The notes beneath the pieces are model-generated. The model saw only the letters and a list, made by a program, of their open reading frames with translations. It did no database searches and was not told the origin of the DNA. This document shows, piece by piece, positions 35,669-40,184 of a DNA stretch of 40,184 nucleotides (positions are counted from its first letter, which is position 1; each line of letters opens with the position of its first letter). Position numbers and translations under genes: made by a program. The DNA comes from a virus (Duplodnaviria; Caudoviricetes), in IMG/VR virus record IMGVR_UViG_3300037465_000404, positions 1-40,184 of that record. One strand, given 5' to 3'.

Positions 35669-36745
35669 TTAGTTGAGACGAAGCACCTGACCAAAGGGAA
35701 CCGGTGTTGAGGTTGTCAGCGCCCAGCACACCGGGTACTCCGGGGAGACTGCGGGGAATTCCCCGTAGCCGTCCGTGAGGAGCACGACCGCGGTCACGGA
35801 CGGCAGCGTGTCGGCATAGTCAAAGACCGGGCAAAAGTCGGTGCCCCCGTGACCGATCGGGGGAAGCTGGAAGGGTTCCCCCGGACGGTAGATCGCGACA
35901 TGGGTAATCTGGGTATCGAACGTTAGGACATGAAGCTCCTGGGGCTGGAGTGACAGCATGGCCTCGACTTCCCCCAGGAACTGTTGCGCCGTGTGCGGAT
36001 CGATCGATCCGGAGCCATCCACCGCGACGACAACCGGACCCCATCCCGACGCGGTACGTGTGGGGAGCCACACCCCGGTGCTGAGCCATCGGCGAGATGG
36101 CCGGGTCCAGTCGCAGACCGTGACCCGCTCGAGGAATTGCGCCAGCACGGCGCGCCAGTCGATGCGGGGATGGAGGAGCGCCGTCAGCTGCTGCTGGATG
36201 ATCTGCGGGAGCTTTCCCCCGCGTTGGCTCACGTATTGGGCCGCGGCGACCGTCGCCACCGCCCAATCGATCGTGGTCTGGGCCGGAACGACACGGCCGA
36301 TAAGGGGAGCCAGGGCGCGGGGACCGTTGGTCTGGAGAAGCCGATTATACACATCAAGGACGGACAGCCCCTTGTAGAGGGGGGAACAATACCAGTTCGG
36401 GAGTGGCGTATACCCCGCGTCACTCAGCGCCAGGTTGACCACGTGGTCGCACGCAATGTTAAGGATCTCTGCGTCACGACCGTGGTGAAGGAGGGGGTCA
36501 TAGTGACGCAGCGCACAGTGGGCGACCTCATGGGCTACCAGGGTTGTGCACTGGGCAGGGGACAGACCCGCAACGAATGTCGGGTTATACCAAATGGTCG
36601 TCCCGTCCGTACAGGCCGTGTCCTCCTGGGGATTCTCGGCAAACGTGATGGACATCGCCAGGGATCCCCAAAACGGATCCCGCAGAAGAAGCCGGATCCG
36701 TGCGTTGGCCAAGCGCGTCGCCGCATCGGGTGTGGTGTGGTCCAT
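35669..36745 (-). CDS. Metallopeptidase-VWA protein (DUF2201-like)
   Basis: TACTDG, AHEVAH, NIACD, IDWR..L, VDGSGS (MIDAS), GGTDF.PVF, LTDGYG. Confidence 0.9.
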   Translation of the reverse strand: MDHTTPDAATRLANARIRLLLRDPFWGSLAMSITFAENPQEDTACTDGTTIWYNPTFVAGLSPAQCTTLVAHEVAHCALRHYDPLLHHGRDAEILNIACDHVVNLALSDAGYTPLPNWYCSPLYKGLSVLDVYNRLLQTNGPRALAPLIGRVVPAQTTIDWAVATVAAAQYVSQRGGKLPQIIQQQLTALLHPRIDWRAVLAQFLERVTVCDWTRPSRRWLSTGVWLPTRTASGWGPVVVAVDGSGSIDPHTAQQFLGEVEAMLSLQPQELHVLTFDTQITHVAIYRPGEPFQLPPIGHGGTDFCPVFDYADTLPSVTAVVLLTDGYGEFPAVSPEYPVCWALTTSTPVPFGQVLRLN

Positions 36746-36764
36746 GTCCCTTGTGACCTTCCTC

Positions 36765-37781
36765 CTATGCCCCCCGCACCAGCCGGCCCAGGGGTCCCTG
36801 AGCGAGCTGAATAAACTCGGGGACGGTCCCAATACTGGGCTCCTTGATCAGGCAATCACGCCAAGCTAACACTGCGTATTCCTTTAAGTGTTCGCGGTCA
36901 AGCCGAGTGATCACCGTCGCGATGGTCGGGAATGTCGTCGGGGTACAGTGGTACGCCAGGAGCGCGCAGAGTGCCGTGCGTCCAGACAGTGTGGTTGGGA
37001 GTGGGAATGTCTCTGGTGCCGCGTGAATCTCCGTCCACGACACAATGGACTGGCACGATGTCCGGTACGCTGCAAATTCGGTCGCGGCACCGCTTCCGAT
37101 CGCTCCCGCGACCGCGTCACGTTCCTCCTCCTCCCCGAGCGTGAGGGAAAGGAGCGTGCTGACGTGCGCCCATGCTCGTGGACAGGGATATCCCGTAATT
37201 TCAGGAGAGGCGTCCCCCATGAGCAGATGCGGTCGATATCGGAGGAACCCGATGATATCCGGGTGAATCTGGTGCGTAAGCGCCCATGCCGTGAAATCAT
37301 CCACATGGGGCTCTACGGAGATACACGTGACAAACCGGGTCTTGAGAGGAGCGAGGAAGGTCACACCCGCGCGGTCTTGCACACGATTCGTCGCCGCCAC
37401 GATCGCGAGACACTCGGGGAGCCGGTGGTCCCCAATCCGTCGGGCCCACACAACTTGCATATAGGCCTTCTGGACAGCCGGGTCTCCTTGGCCCAAATCG
37501 TCGATGAACCACACGGTCGGCGTGGTGGCGGCAAGCAGGTCGGCGAAAAACCCAAACGGACGGAATTCCGCGCGGTTCTGGTGGGCAACGAGACTCGGGA
37601 ACCCTCGCAAGTCAAAGGGTTCCTCGACCACCGGGTGGGAAACAATAAGGGGGTATCCCCCCTCCTGGGCCACGCGTTCAATGAGGGCGCTCTTTCCGAC
37701 GCCTGGTGCCCCGACCAGCAGGAGAGGAATGCGGCGCTCGATGCACCGCTCGACCAGGGTCTTGGCTTGTGTGATCCTCAT
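36765..37781 (-). CDS. MoxR-like AAA+ ATPase
   Basis: GAPGVGKS, DLRGFP, FIDDL, AATNR, LKTRF, PCPRAW; adjacent to the VWA partner. Confidence 0.9.
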   Translation of the reverse strand: MRITQAKTLVERCIERRIPLLLVGAPGVGKSALIERVAQEGGYPLIVSHPVVEEPFDLRGFPSLVAHQNRAEFRPFGFFADLLAATTPTVWFIDDLGQGDPAVQKAYMQVVWARRIGDHRLPECLAIVAATNRVQDRAGVTFLAPLKTRFVTCISVEPHVDDFTAWALTHQIHPDIIGFLRYRPHLLMGDASPEITGYPCPRAWAHVSTLLSLTLGEEEERDAVAGAIGSGAATEFAAYRTSCQSIVSWTEIHAAPETFPLPTTLSGRTALCALLAYHCTPTTFPTIATVITRLDREHLKEYAVLAWRDCLIKEPSIGTVPEFIQLAQGPLGRLVRGA

Positions 37782-38140
37782 GACGTACTCCTGTCCCGGA
37801 GCACCGCCGTATAGGCGGACCGTGCCGACAGGCCTGTGTCGAGAAGACGCGCAACGGCCCAGGCCTGTGTTTCGGTAATGTGAACGCACCCCTCCGGCCA
37901 TACCACGAGGTACTCCTTTGTGGTGGTGTGGCCATACTCAAACAACCCCTCCGTGCTGAGAGGGTATAGGAGCGTGACGATCGTGCGGTATTTCCCCGGT
38001 TCGTCCGGAATGACCCGGACCGGGGACAGGAAGACGCGAGACAGGCCGTACCGCGGGTCTGTCCCCGCGATACGGGCGACTTGCGGATAGCCCTCCGTTC
38101 GAGGGCCGCCGCGCTTCCACCTGAGTCTCAGCTTGAGCAT
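37778..38140 (-). CDS. Hypothetical early protein (VARIAGTDPRYGLSRVFL motif)
   Basis: SD GGGAG; ATGA overlap with the MoxR gene; first gene of the leftward operon. Confidence 0.7.
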   Translation of the reverse strand: MLKLRLRWKRGGPRTEGYPQVARIAGTDPRYGLSRVFLSPVRVIPDEPGKYRTIVTLLYPLSTEGLFEYGHTTTKEYLVVWPEGCVHITETQAWAVARLLDTGLSARSAYTAVLRDRSTS

Positions 38141-38181
38141 ACCCACTCCCCCTGCAGCTCCCGTGCCACTGCATATCCCTT

Positions 38182-38320
38182 AGATCTTGTGGGATCTCTA
38201 GCATACCCCACAATCCCTTGTGGTACCCTCATTGCAAGATCGCCACACTGTGGCAGAATTGCATGAGCAAACTTGCCACAGTACGGGGTATGGAGTCCCA
38301 TCAGGAGTATGTGGTACCAT
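38182..38320. promoter_or_regulatory. Divergent control region with CCACA/TGTGG operator-like repeats and an extended -10 motif
   Basis: CCACAA-tccc-TTGTGG at 38208-38223, GCCACA-c-TGTGGC at 38242-38254, ATGTGGTACCAT at 38309-38320. Confidence 0.55.
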
Positions 38321-38325
38321 TGGGC

Positions 38326-38553
38326 ATGGTGCGGCACTCCCCTCTTGTCTCAGTCCTTGGTCCCCAACCCTGGGTGCTCATTGGTATATCCCGCAGTACC
38401 TACTACCGAGCGCTCCGTTGGGCGCGGCACTGGGGATACCCCCTTCACCGTGTGACCTCACCGCTTGCCCTGGCAAGCCTTCTCCACTGGTACCTGGCTA
38501 CACGGCATAGTTCGGATCCCTCAATCCTACTTCCTGAAAAATCAATAGGTTAG
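38326..38553 (+). CDS. Small HTH-like DNA-binding protein (75 aa), probably leaderless
   Basis: LIGISRSTYYR recognition-helix motif. ATG is 5 nt after TGGTACCAT. Confidence 0.55.
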   Translation: MVRHSPLVSVLGPQPWVLIGISRSTYYRALRWARHWGYPLHRVTSPLALASLLHWYLATRHSSDPSILLPEKSIG

Positions 38554-38564
38554 AAGTCGGGAAA

Positions 38565-38970
38565 CCTGAGGAAAATGGCCGATGTCGAAGGTACCCACTC
38601 TAACCTATTGAAACTCTGCGGGTTTTAGGACAAAATTTTCATAAGTCTCAATCTATATATCTCTCCTGGGCTTAAGCCCTGTTGTATCCGTTCGTCCAGG
38701 CCTCCATTCTCACGTGTATATCTCTCCTCCATTCTGTTGACTACCCCTTACTCCAGGGATCTATCTTATGTGGTATAATTATGTTTGTATGTTTATTTCC
38801 TACCCCACTGTCAGGTATATCAATATGTTAGCTTCTTTACCCCGGAGAAACTGGGGGTACCCTCGTACCCCCAGAGATATACTATGTGAGACTTATTCGA
38901 AAAGTGCGAGAATATCTCTGTTTTATCAATCACTTACAGGGTACACTCTCGACATCGGCCATTTTTCAGG
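38565..38970. repeat. Long imperfect inverted repeat (~105-bp arms) around an AT-richer core; candidate replication origin
   Basis: Perfect blocks: 38572-38588 with 38949-38965 (17 bp), 38641-38650 with 38887-38896, 38656-38664 with 38873-38881. Internal 10-bp-stem hairpin at 38851-38874. Confidence 0.8.
38768..38779 (+). promoter_or_regulatory. Extended -10 promoter motif ATGTGGTATAAT
   Basis: Perfect TGnTATAAT in non-coding DNA. Confidence 0.6.
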
Positions 38971-38994
38971 GGTTTTGGGGGAGGGAAGGGGGTT

Positions 38995-39034
38995 GGTGAG
39001 TGGGTGAGCGGGTGAGTGGGTGAATGAGTGAGCA
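38995..39034 (+). repeat. Tandem 8-mer repeat (GGTGAGTG) x5
   Basis: ggtgagtg ggtgagcg ggtgagtg ggtgaatg agtgagca. Confidence 0.85.
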
Positions 39035-39129
39035 GGTGCCCTCTCCCCATTCCTCGCGCGCGGTGAGCCCCCGGCACGAGAAAAAGGGGGACACCATCGC
39101 CCAGAGCAAGGGGAGCACCCACTCCTCAG

Positions 39130-39260
39130 CCACGCGCCCACACGCCCACACCCACACGCACACCCGCACCCGCGCACGCCCACACGGGCTCACGCGCACA
39201 CATGCACACGTGCACCCGCACGCCCACACACCCACACGCACACACGGGCTCACGGGCGCC
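39130..39260. repeat. Low-complexity CAC/CGC repeat tract
   Basis: Runs of cacacc/cgcacc/cacacg, with CACACGGGCTCACG twice. Confidence 0.85.
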
Positions 39261-39297
39261 TGTTCGAGCGGGCGCGCCCTCAGGCTGGGAGCACCCA

Positions 39298-40184
39298 CTA
39301 CTCAGCCACGAGAATCTCGATCTCGGGGTAACGCAGGGCAAGCGCGGCTGCGGCTTCGGCGTCGGGTGCCACTAGTGCGCGGATGATGGCATGCTCGGCG
39401 CGCCAGCCGTCCTCGCCGATGATTGCGCGGCCGAAGCGTTCAACGATGCCGAATATCGCATAACTTCCAACATTTAGATCGTGGAACCACAGGGCGTGCC
39501 GCCAGTTCGACGGAAGTCGAAGGGCGTGAATGCCGGCAACCCCGCGCAGGCTATCCGACTCGTTCCACTGCTCAGCGGTGAGCGCGGGTGACACCCACTT
39601 CGAGCCACGAACAGGGGAGGCGAGGTACCCATCATCGGCCAACACCCACACGCGCCAGCCCAGCCGAGAATCCCAGAGGCGCGACGGGCGGGAGGCTCGG
39701 ACGGCTCGCAGCAAGCGGGCCAATCCCTGGCGAGTGACCGGCCACTCGCGGTTGCCGGCGCTTGTGGCAACCACAGCAACCCACTGCATTGCTGGGCCCG
39801 GGCGCTCGAAGCGCACGGATCCCCCCAGGAGCCGCTGCGCGCGATGGAGCGCGGCCAGCCGGCCATCGCCCAGCCGGATCGGCCGATACGGCAGAGGCGC
39901 CCACTCAGTGGGCGCCAGCTGCAGCTCCCACTGATGCCCGCGCTTGCGGGTTACAAAGGTACGCGCGCCATCGCGGGCAGCGGTGGACCTCGGCGCGCGC
40001 GCGGCTAACATATCGCGCACCCATTGGGGGAAGACCCAGCGTAATCGCAGCAGTGCCCGCGCTTGTGCGGGCCCAGGCTGGGCGGCATCATAGAGCTCAG
40101 CTGCATGGCGATGCACGTGGAGCCGCAGAGATTCTTTGGGTTCCTTAATTCGGATGGGGCAGCCGCGCAGCTGCCCCAGATAAT
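39298..40184 (-). CDS. 3' part of the 472-aa junction-spanning protein
   Basis: Open frame continuous with 1-732. C-terminal GWRVW...AGIHA...GIVERFG..IIGEDGWRAEHA domain. Confidence 0.75.
   Translation of the reverse strand, partial: YLGQLRGCPIRIKEPKESLRLHVHRHAAELYDAAQPGPAQARALLRLRWVFPQWVRDMLAARAPRSTAARDGARTFVTRKRGHQWELQLAPTEWAPLPYRPIRLGDGRLAALHRAQRLLGGSVRFERPGPAMQWVAVVATSAGNREWPVTRQGLARLLRAVRASRPSRLWDSRLGWRVWVLADDGYLASPVRGSKWVSPALTAEQWNESDSLRGVAGIHALRLPSNWRHALWFHDLNVGSYAIFGIVERFGRAIIGEDGWRAEHAIIRALVAPDAEAAAALALRYPEIEILVAE
39985..40184. repeat. Terminal direct repeat, right copy
   Basis: Matches 1-200 with 2 mismatches. Confidence 0.97.

Noticed and set aside
38768-39386. ORFs 38768-39007, 38926-39183, 38966-39298 and 39024-39386
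   Set aside because: Translations are low-complexity products of DNA repeats and lack SDs; the region is better explained as non-coding.
1-40184. Alternative genetic code, tRNA genes, integrase/att site
   Set aside because: Genes are full length under code 11 with all three stop codons used. No cloverleaf or recombinase motifs recognised by eye.

Overview
The window looks like a complete, circularly closed genome of about 39,984 bp from a GC-rich podovirus-type tailed phage. Bases 1-200 recur at 39985-40184 with two mismatches, and one 472-aa ORF reads across the junction. The + strand (about 1.4-26.3 kb) holds the virion and lysis arm: terminases, P22-like portal, scaffold, N4-gp56-type capsid, fibres, head-tail proteins, three probable ejection proteins, M15 endolysin and holin. 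The - strand (about 26.3-38.1 kb) holds the early/replication arm: Nmad1-like NTP pyrophosphatase, metallophosphoesterase, a family-A DNA polymerase split into a UDG-exonuclease-thumb gene and a palm-fingers gene, SSB-like protein, Sak4-like ATPase, Cas4/RecB-like nuclease, tandem Cys/His paralogues, a sigma-region-2-only protein and a MoxR-VWA pair. A divergent AAA_25 helicase-like gene sits on the + strand within that arm. I recognise no integrase, primase, tRNA, CRISPR array or reverse transcriptase. Most notable: (i) a recurring TGGTANNAT extended -10-like motif, seen singly, as a back-to-back inverted pair and as a tandem array before the late operon, in a phage encoding a sigma2-only protein; (ii) a non-coding region with ~105-bp inverted arms, an internal promoter motif, a hairpin, a G-tract and simple repeats that may be a transcription-primed origin; (iii) the split, motif-divergent UDG-PolA. 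All family calls come from reading motifs by eye; no searches were run.
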